From contig JAVJSW010000033.1 of NCBI GenBank assembly GCA_040219255.1, positions 1 through 64,000 of the forward strand: a DNA stretch of 64,000 bases, given 5' to 3'. Position numbers and translations under genes: made by a program. The DNA comes from Sumerlaeia bacterium. Lineage in GTDB: Bacteria > Sumerlaeota > Sumerlaeia > SLMS01 > JAHLLQ01. The first letter of the stretch is position 1. Each line of letters begins with the position of its first letter. Below are positions 36,665 through 45,551 of the stretch, one piece after another. The notes beneath the pieces are model-generated. The model was not told the DNA's origin and searched no databases. It was given only the letters and a program-made list of their open reading frames with translations.

Positions 36665-37693
36665 GTGTCATCGCCATCCCCACGATTGCCCCGGAGAGAC
36701 GATCCCCTGAAATCCGCCCCCCCATTGACCGAAGCCGAAATATCCGAAGGCGGTCCTCATCCCGAGGAGCGGGCCACTCTCCCCCGCGAGACGTGGCGCA
36801 CCCGCTATCCGGAGCTGGCCCGCTTCGCCCGCAGCTATGTGGCGGTGGCGTCTCTGCTGGCCATTATCGCGCTGATTTTGCTCGCGATTTTCGGCCCCAT
36901 GCTTTGGCCTTACGAGCCGAACGAGATGGACCCGGTGCTGATCGGTTCGCCCCAGCCCCCGTCCCTCAAGCACCCTGCCGGCACAGATTACCTGGGCCGC
37001 GACATGTTCGCCCGGCTCCTGGTCGGCGCACGCATCAGCCTCGCCGTCGGCGTCGTTTCCATGCTCATCACGCTCTTCATCGGCGTCAGCATCGGCTCCG
37101 CGGCGGCCTGGTTCGGGGGGTGGGTGGACAGCGTCCTGATGCGTCTGGTGGACGCGCTCTACAGTATTCCCCTACTGCTGATCGTGATCATCCTCCAGGT
37201 CTTCCTGAAACCCAACCTGCAGGCCATGATTCCGCCGGGGACCGATGTGCCCCTGCTCCTGTCGCCGGACATGGCCAGCATCTACATCGCGCTCGGCTTC
37301 GCGAACTGGCTGACGATGGCGCGCCTCTCGCGCGCCGAGGTCATGAACCAGCGCAAGAAGGATTACGTGTCCGCAACGGTGGCGCTCGGCGCCAAGCCCA
37401 GGCGCACGCTTTTCCGCCACATCCTGCCGAACACGGTGGGGCCGCTGATGGTTGCGGCGACGCTGGCCATCCCCGAAGCCATCTTCATCGAGAGCTTCCT
37501 GGCCTTCATCGGTATCGGCGTCTCCGCCCCCGAGGCCTCCTGGGGCACGCTCGCCTCCGACGCGGTCAAGAGCCTGGGCACGTCTCCCCACTTGCTTCTC
37601 TTCCCGGCCCTCGCCATCAGTATCACCATGCTGGCGTTCAACCTGTTCGGTGATGGGTTGCGCGACGCGCTGGACCCGCGCGGCAAGAAGTAA
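36665..37693 (+). CDS. oppC: Oligopeptide/dipeptide ABC transporter permease (OppC/DppC)
   Basis: HPAGTDYLGRDMFARLLVGARISL, RHILPN, ESFLAFIGIG, FNLFGDGLRDALDPR. Confidence 0.9.
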   Translation: MSSPSPRLPRRDDPLKSAPPLTEAEISEGGPHPEERATLPRETWRTRYPELARFARSYVAVASLLAIIALILLAIFGPMLWPYEPNEMDPVLIGSPQPPSLKHPAGTDYLGRDMFARLLVGARISLAVGVVSMLITLFIGVSIGSAAAWFGGWVDSVLMRLVDALYSIPLLLIVIILQVFLKPNLQAMIPPGTDVPLLLSPDMASIYIALGFANWLTMARLSRAEVMNQRKKDYVSATVALGAKPRRTLFRHILPNTVGPLMVAATLAIPEAIFIESFLAFIGIGVSAPEASWGTLASDAVKSLGTSPHLLLFPALAISITMLAFNLFGDGLRDALDPRGKK

Positions 37694-37757
37694 AGCCGCC
37701 CGGCCAGCCACCGGTCTATCCCCGTTCCACCAGCCAAACCTTCCCTCGGAGTCTCCC

Positions 37758-39506
37758 TTGTCGTCCGGCACTCCCTTCCCGTGGAAATCCCTCTTCCTCC
37801 TCCTTCCGCTCTCCATCCTGATCAGCGGCTACAACCTCTACTTCTCCAACCAGGACATCCAGATCCCGCTGATCCTGTGGCTCAACGACCCGTCGCTCTT
37901 TCCGGGCGATCCGTTCGCCGCCACGCTCGGCGGGTACTCCTCGCTTCTGTGGCCCATCGTGGCCGTCATCAGCCGCGTCGTGCCCTGGCAGGTTGTCTTT
38001 TTCGCGGGCTTCGTCCTGACGCGAGGCTTGATGCTGCTGGCGGGCGGGCGCCTCGCCTCGGCCCTCTTCCCCCAAAGCCGCCTCGCCCCCGTGGCCGCCA
38101 TGGCCGCTCTGGCGATGGGGCCCCAGCCCTTCCTCGGCGGCGGAACCATCATCGAAGTCTATTTCGAGCACACGGCCCTGTCCGTCGCGTTCGCGCTGCT
38201 GGCCTTCGGCGAGCTCCTCCGTGGCCGCACGATTCTCTGCGCCGCACTGGCGGGATTGACCTTCTTCCTCAACGCGCTCTACGGAGTCTTCGCCTGCACC
38301 TATCTCTTCGCGGCCTGGCTCCACATGGGGCGCTGGCGCCAGGACGGGCCTGGCCGCATCGCCCTGGGCCTGCTGGCCTTCGCCGCGCTGGCCGCCCCAG
38401 CCTTCCTGGCCTCGCTCCACGCGGTGGGAGAAACCAAGACCTCCGACCCCATTTTCTGGCACGAAGCCGTCCTGCAGCGCTTCCCGCATCACTTCTGGCC
38501 CGGCGCCTGGTCCGCCGCCAGCTACTTCTTCCACTTCGCATCGAGCCTCGCCGTGGCCTGCATCCTCTTCAGGCGCCGCCCCGCCGAACCCGGCAACGAA
38601 CGCTTTGGCCTCGCGATGTTCGTGGTCAGCTTGCTTTGGTTCTTTTTCGCGCTCGATGCCGCGTACTTCCTCACCGAACCGACGGGAGTGATTCTCCACC
38701 CGGCTCGCGGCATGGACCTCTGGATCGCGTTCGTGGCCATTTATCTCGCCGCGCTCTGCGGCCACATGTTCGAGCACCGTTCCGGCCAGGCCACCTGGTC
38801 CTGGCTGCCGCTGGCGGGCTTCGCGGCCCTGCTGGCCTTCTGGCCCCTGGGCGCAGCCGGCCTCCTCGTGGGGCTCGCCGTCGCCGCAGCCATCGCCTTC
38901 GCCGGCCGCTTCAAGTCCACCCGCTGGCTCTCCGCCCGTCCCCTGACGGCGGCCATCGCGATCATCGCCTTCGTGGTGCTGGTGGCCCGGGTGGAAGAAC
39001 GCAACGAACATCAAGACTCCTGGTTCGCCTTTCCCAGGGGCGAACAGCTCGAACTCGCCCTCTGGGCCCGCGACCACACCGAGCCCTCCGCCACCTTCCT
39101 CATCGATCCGAGCTGGAAGTCCTTTCGTCCCCTCTCGCGCCGCCCCGTCTTCACCACCTGGAAGGACGGCTCGGCGATCCTCTGGCACACCCGCTTTGTC
39201 GAGGAATGGAACCGCCGCCTCGAATTGCTCGGCGCCCCCCTCTTCCTCAACGACGAACCCGACGATTGGGAAGAACGCCTCGAGGACGAATACCACGACC
39301 TCTCCGAATTCGAAGTCGCCCTGATCGCCGCGCAAGTCCCCATCGACTACTGGATTGTCACCGAGGCCCGTTGGGGCCGGACCGATTGGCCCGTGGCTTT
39401 TCAGACCGAGACCTATCGCGTGGTGCGCGTGCCCGAATCCCCGGCGCTGACCACCGCCGAGGACGGCGCCACAACCGGCGTCTCCCCCGCCGGCAGCAGC
39501 GACTGA
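37758..39506 (+). CDS. Polytopic membrane protein, GT-C-like (DUF6798-like), probably surface-glycan related; start uncertain
   Basis: More than 10 TM segments. NQD...DPSLFPGDPF, RFPHH, and a C-terminal soluble domain WARDHT...FLIDP...FRPLSRRPVFTTWKDG...EW..R. Confidence 0.6.
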   Translation: MSSGTPFPWKSLFLLLPLSILISGYNLYFSNQDIQIPLILWLNDPSLFPGDPFAATLGGYSSLLWPIVAVISRVVPWQVVFFAGFVLTRGLMLLAGGRLASALFPQSRLAPVAAMAALAMGPQPFLGGGTIIEVYFEHTALSVAFALLAFGELLRGRTILCAALAGLTFFLNALYGVFACTYLFAAWLHMGRWRQDGPGRIALGLLAFAALAAPAFLASLHAVGETKTSDPIFWHEAVLQRFPHHFWPGAWSAASYFFHFASSLAVACILFRRRPAEPGNERFGLAMFVVSLLWFFFALDAAYFLTEPTGVILHPARGMDLWIAFVAIYLAALCGHMFEHRSGQATWSWLPLAGFAALLAFWPLGAAGLLVGLAVAAAIAFAGRFKSTRWLSARPLTAAIAIIAFVVLVARVEERNEHQDSWFAFPRGEQLELALWARDHTEPSATFLIDPSWKSFRPLSRRPVFTTWKDGSAILWHTRFVEEWNRRLELLGAPLFLNDEPDDWEERLEDEYHDLSEFEVALIAAQVPIDYWIVTEARWGRTDWPVAFQTETYRVVRVPESPALTTAEDGATTGVSPAGSSD

Positions 39507-40864
39507 CCCACCACATAGCGCCCCACGGCCCGCCCCGACTCCAGCCCGGCCTTGCTCGCCGACGGATAGTGGATGCCGCCGTAAATGCGGGATTTGCTCG
39601 CCTCCTCGGCGGCGGCGCGAAAGCTCGCGTACTGCCGCACGACGTAGCGGTCGCCGTGGTTGCGCTCTAGGTCGTCGCTCAAATCCTCGAACGCGAAGTC
39701 CTCGCCGAACCAGTGGGTGAGAACCGCCTCCGCCGCCCCGGAAAACGTGGAGTGGCCGCTGGGAAACTCGGGGAATGGCGGCGTGGCGATGTAGGGCGTC
39801 CACCGCGAATCGGGCTCGCCCGTGGCCGCATTGCCGTCCTGATCCGCGAGCGCGATCGCCGTCACGGGCCGCCAATAGTTGTAGTGGTACTTGGCCTCCC
39901 AGCAGGCGATGCCCGCGTCCGCCATGGCAAGGTTGAGCTGGGCGAAGAGCCGGGCCTGCTCCAGCGGCGTCAGCGGCTCGCCCGCCCCGGCCCGCAGCCG
40001 AACGGCCGTCTCGGCGATCTGATTCCAGTGCCCCGTGGGGGTGAAAGTGCCCTGGGCATCGGCCCAGAAGCAGGCGATTTTCTCCTGCTCGGCGGTGCGG
40101 GAATCGGAGAAATAGGCGCCGATGTCGCGCACCAGATTCAACTCCTCGGCGAACTGGGCGCTGGTGATGTCGGGCGGCGGCACGCAGCGAAACTGCTCCG
40201 GCGACTCCATCACGAACGGCTGGAGCGCCCGCCATTCCGGCAGCAGCGGCGGGCGGAAAGTCGGCCGCGTCGTGCGCCACTCCCCCGCCTTCGGCCGCGC
40301 CGGAGGACGCCACGGATCCGGCGTCTGCGAACCATCGTGGGCCCGGGCCTCGATCATGCGCGCCGCCGCCTCGCGCCCCGCCAGCAGGCTCGCCTCCCAG
40401 CACTTCGCCATCTCCGGCCCCGGTTGGTAAAGCGCCAGCGCTTCCTCATAACGAGAGGTCAGCTTCGGGAACAGGTGCTCCAGCACCTCGGCCATCGCCG
40501 CCGCCGCGGCCCATTCCGGCTCGGCTTCGGCGGGGCATTCGAAGGCGCCGAGGTAGGGCTGGTAGGGAAGGGCCGCCGATGTGGCTCCATCCCTCGAGGC
40601 CGCCAGCGCCGCGTCGTACCCGGCCCCGTGGACCATTGCCAACGCCCGCGCCGCCTGCGGAGGAAACACCCGCTGCTCGCGGAACGTCTGGCGGACGACA
40701 CCGTTCCAGTGCAGCATCACGCTCGCCGACGTCAGCCCCTCGTCCGCGAGTGTATTGAAGCGGCGATGGAGGTCGGGGGGAGGGGATTCGGAGGCGTGGG
40801 CTGTAAGAGCCAAGCCGCAGAGAATCGACACGATGAAACTCGACAAGCGCAGCGGAAGGGCCAT
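39413..40864 (-). CDS. Secreted vanadium-dependent haloperoxidase / PAP2 superfamily protein
   Basis: WEAKYHYNYWRP, TPPFPEFPSGH, SRIYGGIHY motifs and signal peptide MALPLRLSSFIVSILCGLALTAHA. Confidence 0.88.
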   Translation of the reverse strand: MALPLRLSSFIVSILCGLALTAHASESPPPDLHRRFNTLADEGLTSASVMLHWNGVVRQTFREQRVFPPQAARALAMVHGAGYDAALAASRDGATSAALPYQPYLGAFECPAEAEPEWAAAAAMAEVLEHLFPKLTSRYEEALALYQPGPEMAKCWEASLLAGREAAARMIEARAHDGSQTPDPWRPPARPKAGEWRTTRPTFRPPLLPEWRALQPFVMESPEQFRCVPPPDITSAQFAEELNLVRDIGAYFSDSRTAEQEKIACFWADAQGTFTPTGHWNQIAETAVRLRAGAGEPLTPLEQARLFAQLNLAMADAGIACWEAKYHYNYWRPVTAIALADQDGNAATGEPDSRWTPYIATPPFPEFPSGHSTFSGAAEAVLTHWFGEDFAFEDLSDDLERNHGDRYVVRQYASFRAAAEEASKSRIYGGIHYPSASKAGLESGRAVGRYVVGQSLLPAGETPVVAPSSAVVSAGDSGTRTTR

Positions 40865-41024
40865 GCGGAAACTCCGGGTGGAAGCGTCAACCGCCGCGGA
40901 ACGATCGGCGAGAGAGACACCTCGAAATTCCAAGAAACACGGCGGATTGGAGCCCGACTTACCCCCCATCTGTAAAGGTCAAAACCAACCGTTGCTGTCC
41001 GCCATCCCCACCATCCGCCCCGCT

Positions 41025-41042
41025 ATCCGTGTTCATCCGTGG
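41025..41042. repeat. Half of a periodic palindromic element (ATCCGTGTTCATCCGTGG)
   Basis: 10-nt periodic ATCCGTG units just beyond the wzt stop. Resembles one arm of the 27067-27150 element. Confidence 0.35.
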
Positions 41043-41052
41043 CTCCAATCTC

Positions 41053-42396
41053 CTAATCCCCAACCCGCCGAACGCTCCACGTCGCCTTCGGCGCCATCAC
41101 GCAATCGCCAAAGGGCAAATCCGTCCGCGTCTCCACGCTCAAGGCATCCTCGACCCGGTGCAGCACCACCGGCGGATTGCCGGTATCGAGGACGGCGGCG
41201 GTGAAGTGCACGTCGGCCTTGAGCAGCGGCCAATGGGGGACGTCGTAGGCGACCGGTTCGCCCGCGCGGCCGGGGGCGATGGGGGGGCTGGCTTCTTCGA
41301 AAAGCACCTGGCCATCGGGCCAGGACGCCGCGAACGCCAGGCGATAAGGCGCCTCGGCGCCTTCGTCGTCGATGTCGAAGAGCAGACGCAGCGGCTCGCC
41401 CGTCGTGATCGCGTCGATTTCCGAGCCCTCGGCATTCACCGCCCGCAGACCGAGCAGCCTCGGCACCCGCCGCCCGCGCCAGGCCCCCAGGCCGTGCGCC
41501 TCCAGAGCCTCGTCCGTGGCCTCCGCAACGGGGGCGTGGGCGTGGCTGAGGAAATGGCCGGGCAGGATCGACAGATGAGCGAGGCTGCGCAGGTAGCGCT
41601 GGGAGACCTCGCGCGGGTCGCCCTGCTCGACCAGGCGCCCGTGATCGAGCCAGATCAGCCGGTCGCACAGATCGCGGGCCGTGGGCACCTCGTGCGTGAC
41701 CAGGACGATGGTGACGCCGCGCTCGTGCAGTTCGAACACGCGCATCATGCCACGCTGCTGAAATTCCGCATCCCCCACCACCAGGATTTCGTCCACCAGG
41801 ATGATTTCCGGGTCCAGGTGCATCGCCACGCTGCACGCCAGCCGGGCGTACATGCCGCTGCTGTAATGCTTCACGGGCTCGAAGAGGAATTTGCGCAGGC
41901 CGCTGAATTCGATGATGGCTTCGAGGCGGGCGTGCGTTTCCTCGCGCGAGAGGCCCATGATGGCGCCGTTGTAGAAAATGTTCTCCATCCCAGAGAGTTC
42001 GGGGTGGAAACCCACGCCCAGCTCGAGCAGCGACGTCACGCGCCCCCGCACCGCGACGCGGCCGCTGGTGGGCTGGGTGATGCCGGCGGCCAGCTTGAGC
42101 ACCGTGCTCTTGCCCGCGCCGTTGTGCCCCACGAAGCCCAGCATCTCGCCCTTCGCCACGCGGAAACTGACGTCGTGCAGGGCGTCGAAAGGCACGCGGC
42201 GCAGGTGCTCGAAGAGTTTGTTCACCACCCAGGCACCGAGGCGGGGCGTGGCGCGCTGCTGGATTTCGTAGGTCTTCGTGACGTTTTCAAAGACAATAGC
42301 GAGCTGACCCGGATCCGTGGCCACGCGCGCCCCGCGAGCGATGTCTTGCAGGGTGCGGTCTTCGGTGGCGGATGCGGCGGTCGAAAGGTCGGTCAT
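41053..42396 (-). CDS. wzt: Polysaccharide/teichoic acid ABC transporter ATP-binding protein Wzt/TagH with C-terminal domain
   Basis: GHNGAGKST, LLELGVGFHPELSGMENI, YSSGMYARLA, DEILVVGDAEFQ, plus a Wzt_C-like extension. Confidence 0.88.
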   Translation of the reverse strand: MTDLSTAASATEDRTLQDIARGARVATDPGQLAIVFENVTKTYEIQQRATPRLGAWVVNKLFEHLRRVPFDALHDVSFRVAKGEMLGFVGHNGAGKSTVLKLAAGITQPTSGRVAVRGRVTSLLELGVGFHPELSGMENIFYNGAIMGLSREETHARLEAIIEFSGLRKFLFEPVKHYSSGMYARLACSVAMHLDPEIILVDEILVVGDAEFQQRGMMRVFELHERGVTIVLVTHEVPTARDLCDRLIWLDHGRLVEQGDPREVSQRYLRSLAHLSILPGHFLSHAHAPVAEATDEALEAHGLGAWRGRRVPRLLGLRAVNAEGSEIDAITTGEPLRLLFDIDDEGAEAPYRLAFAASWPDGQVLFEEASPPIAPGRAGEPVAYDVPHWPLLKADVHFTAAVLDTGNPPVVLHRVEDALSVETRTDLPFGDCVMAPKATWSVRRVGD

Positions 42397-42735
42397 GGCG
42401 TCTCCCGAAAGAGGGGTGGGACGCCGCGGGATGTGGGTCAACCGCTACGTCGTGTGGCGCCGTGCCGTTCCTCGATCCAAATTCACGCGCGGAAAGGGCG
42501 GCGGGGCGACTTCGGCTCATCCTCCCTAAGAACCAGATGGAGAGACTGTTTGATGCCCCGTCAGCGCCGCGAAATCCTCTGAATGGGCGGAGTCAAGAGG
42601 ACTGGACGTGGCTTTCGCGTTGGGCCATGACCAGCCGACCGGATTCTGAGACTCGAAAATCGAGAAAAAAAGCGTTGACTCGCTCCATGTCGGGGGGCTA
42701 TCCGATCCCATCCCCTACTTGGAAGGAAGCATACC

Positions 42736-43032
42736 ATGAAGTCGCTTCAATCCCTTTTTGTAGCCGTCGCAATCCTGTTCGTCGCCAGTTTCGCACTCAC
42801 CTCTTCCGCACCCACTGTCGCATCCGTCGCCGAGATGGAAGCCGTTGCCGGTGCCCTTTGTCCAGGCGATGCCTGTTCTGGCACTACCAACATCCGTTGC
42901 GCAGCAATTGATAGGACCTGTGCAGGAAATGCCGCGCGCTGCATCAACAACAATGGCAATGGAGAATGTACCAGCAACGGAGTCGGCGGTTGTTTTAACG
43001 GCTGTTCAGACCTGAATCAGACATGCGCATAG
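42736..43032 (+). CDS. Putative RiPP/bacteriocin-like precursor: Sec signal + double-Gly-type leader + 9-Cys core
   Basis: SD GGAAGGAAG. Signal MKSLQSLFVAVAILFVASFALTSSA. ASVAEMEAVAGA fits LSxxELxxVxG(G/A). The 58-aa core has 9 Cys. Confidence 0.75.
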   Translation: MKSLQSLFVAVAILFVASFALTSSAPTVASVAEMEAVAGALCPGDACSGTTNIRCAAIDRTCAGNAARCINNNGNGECTSNGVGGCFNGCSDLNQTCA

Positions 43033-44417
43033 CAAGACCTCGCACAATGGGATCCAGCTGGAGTCTACGGATCTCCGTTCGAGTAGAGCTGCTTACTTCC
43101 TTCCTTATTCTGTTGGCCACTATTGTCGTTGCCGATGGTAGGGGAGTTGTAGGCGGCTCTCCTATGTTGGATCGCATAGAAAGAATTTACGCCTCGAGAC
43201 CGAGCTTCTACTCCAAGGTACGCTTGGTCAAGCGAACCTGGCAATCTAACTCCCTCGAATCCGATTACCGTGATGTAGATCCTGTCGTTCATAACTACGA
43301 AATGTTCGCGGACCATCCGAATTACGAATTGAAATACGAACCCGACCCGTCCTCAGGAGCCAACTTTACCACCACAGCCAGGTCATTGGTTTTAGTGGGC
43401 GATGAATGGGTCAATTACGCGGAAGGTGTGTGGAAAGGAGAGAGTCATCGCGGCGTCCAATACGACAGGGGTGAAGACGCCCGTTGGCATTTTCTTGAAA
43501 TCATGCGGCTTTTCCCCCCACTTCTCGCCGACAATGTGGGGGGGGCGGATGTTCCTTTTCTCCAGGTGCTGCGCGAATACCTGAAAGAGGGGGCCCAAGT
43601 CGAAACGACGGAGATTCGCGAGGACGGGCAATCTCTGCTGAAGTTGCAGGCGGATACTGAATACGGTGACTACGCCATTTATCTGGACCCGTCCCGTGGT
43701 TACCTGGTCAGGAAGGCGGTTGTGGAGCGGGGTCCCAGCGACTTATTCGTGAGAGGCTTGACTGTAACCCAAGATTATTCGGATTTTCCAGACGATATTG
43801 GTTTACCCAAACCAGAGGTCGATGTCTACGCCCGCTACGAACTCACGGACGTCGAATTCGGTGAGGCCAACGGCGTCGCCTACATTAAGGAAGGAACCGC
43901 GACCTCCCTTTTTCAAAGTAAGAGCGGAAAAGTCAGTCATGTGAGATATGAGATGCAAGTCGAGGAGTTTTCGCCTCTAACCGAAGATATCATAACCGAA
44001 TCCCGAGCTTTCGACCTAACCCGATTCCCAGAGCCGGATACTGTCGTGCATTTGGGGGCTTCCCACATCAGCTATCGATTCGTGAATGGTATCATGGTGC
44101 CGCTTGTCCCGCCCGACCTGTATCGGGATATTCCCGCGCTTTCCGAAGCAGAAGCCCTCTCCGGGGAGGCATTGGTTCAGTCCCCCAGGGAAAACGCTCA
44201 AGGCAAGTCAGGAGTTAGCTCCGACGAAGCGGCGGCAGGGTCGTCGGGGGGACCGATGCCCTCAAATACCCCGGCCGCGTCACCGAATGGTCCGGCAGCC
44301 GAGTCGACCCGTTTCCTCATGCCCATCATGATGATCGTTGGCTTCGTCGCAGCGTTCTTTGTGCTTGCTGGTTCCATTCTGGCAATCGTCATTGCGAAAA
44401 AAAGCAGGAAAATCTAG
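43023..44417 (+). CDS. Exported beta-rich protein with C-terminal TM anchor (function unknown); start may be 43047
   Basis: Hydrophobic LLTSFLILLATIVVA, beta-strand-rich body (IYLDPSRGYLVRK), S/G/P-rich linker, TM followed by KKSRKI. Start overlaps the precursor stop. Confidence 0.7.
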   Translation: MRIARPRTMGSSWSLRISVRVELLTSFLILLATIVVADGRGVVGGSPMLDRIERIYASRPSFYSKVRLVKRTWQSNSLESDYRDVDPVVHNYEMFADHPNYELKYEPDPSSGANFTTTARSLVLVGDEWVNYAEGVWKGESHRGVQYDRGEDARWHFLEIMRLFPPLLADNVGGADVPFLQVLREYLKEGAQVETTEIREDGQSLLKLQADTEYGDYAIYLDPSRGYLVRKAVVERGPSDLFVRGLTVTQDYSDFPDDIGLPKPEVDVYARYELTDVEFGEANGVAYIKEGTATSLFQSKSGKVSHVRYEMQVEEFSPLTEDIITESRAFDLTRFPEPDTVVHLGASHISYRFVNGIMVPLVPPDLYRDIPALSEAEALSGEALVQSPRENAQGKSGVSSDEAAAGSSGGPMPSNTPAASPNGPAAESTRFLMPIMMIVGFVAAFFVLAGSILAIVIAKKSRKI

Positions 44418-45551
44418 TTGCTCCGTACCGTCTTCAATTGTGTTGTCAAGATTCTATTCGCGGCATTTCTTGCCGTCGGTTTCCCGATGTCAACTCAAGC
44501 GGCCGATTCAAGTGTGGTGGGTCCATATTGTGGGGTTATGTCACTTCACTATTGGGGGAACACTCACGATGTCGAATTCGACATTGTGAGCCTGATCTCT
44601 CCAGAGTACATCGGCTCACGGCGAGGAAGTACCTTGCTGGAATTGCAGGCCGCCGCCGAATCGCTTGGTCTCTACAGCGAAGGGTTGAAAGGGTTGAAGC
44701 CTGATCATCTGGGAAAATGGGACAACGATGTTGGGATTATACTCCATATAGCTGCGGATCCCGAGACGTCCACAACCTACAATCACTATGTGCTTTTCCT
44801 GGACGATGAAGGCGCCGATGTCTTGCTGTTCGACCCTTTCGAAGGAGTCGTCAGGTACTCGAAGGGCCAACTCTTGGCTCAGATGAGCGGTTTTGGTCTC
44901 ATTGTCTCTAAGGAGCGAGGCTTACTTTCTTTCTCTCAGGGATTTGCCAGTCCCGCCGTCATTTTCGCAGTAATGATTTTCTCTCTGTTCTTTGTCTCTA
45001 GGCGTTTCGCCCATGCCCGAATCGAAGACATGGGACACAATTTTGATCGGTGGATGGGTTTTGCTTTAGGCGGGGCCGTCTTTATAGTGTCGGTCGGAGC
45101 GATGGGAATGGCATCGTTGCTTTGGCACTCCATCTCTCCCGCTGGTTTTTTTCGTAACAGCGACGTGATCGCAACCATACGTGAGAGAAACTTCTCTCAC
45201 TTTTTGCCTGAATACTCGGCAAGCGAGGTGGCGGAGTTGCTACGGCAAGACAACAGGTTCGTTGTGATCGTCGATGCCCGCTTCTCATTCGACTATGAGG
45301 CCGGTTCGCTCCCGGGAGCGATCAGTATTCCCGTGGATGCTTCGAACGCTCAGATCGAATCGGCGCTACGGGACGTTGACAGGTCCGCCGAGGTGGTCGT
45401 TTTCTGCCAAAGTTCCGGCTGTCCCTTCGCCGAACGAATAGCCAAGAGATTGAAGAATGACTTCGGCATGAATAATCTCGCACTGTTTTCCGGAGGATGG
45501 TTAGAATGGCTTTCCCACTCAAAGCAACACGTGGAACCGAACACCCTATAA
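44418..45551 (+). CDS. Exported peptidase C39-like domain - 2 TM - rhodanese domain fusion
   Basis: Signal peptide ending STQA. YCGVMSL, GSTLLELQAAAESLGL, NHYVLF, LFDP (C39 Cys/His/Asp). Two TMs. IVDAR...YEAGSLPGAISIP...VVVFCQSSGCP...GGWLEW (rhodanese). Confidence 0.82.
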   Translation: MLRTVFNCVVKILFAAFLAVGFPMSTQAADSSVVGPYCGVMSLHYWGNTHDVEFDIVSLISPEYIGSRRGSTLLELQAAAESLGLYSEGLKGLKPDHLGKWDNDVGIILHIAADPETSTTYNHYVLFLDDEGADVLLFDPFEGVVRYSKGQLLAQMSGFGLIVSKERGLLSFSQGFASPAVIFAVMIFSLFFVSRRFAHARIEDMGHNFDRWMGFALGGAVFIVSVGAMGMASLLWHSISPAGFFRNSDVIATIRERNFSHFLPEYSASEVAELLRQDNRFVVIVDARFSFDYEAGSLPGAISIPVDASNAQIESALRDVDRSAEVVVFCQSSGCPFAERIAKRLKNDFGMNNLALFSGGWLEWLSHSKQHVEPNTL

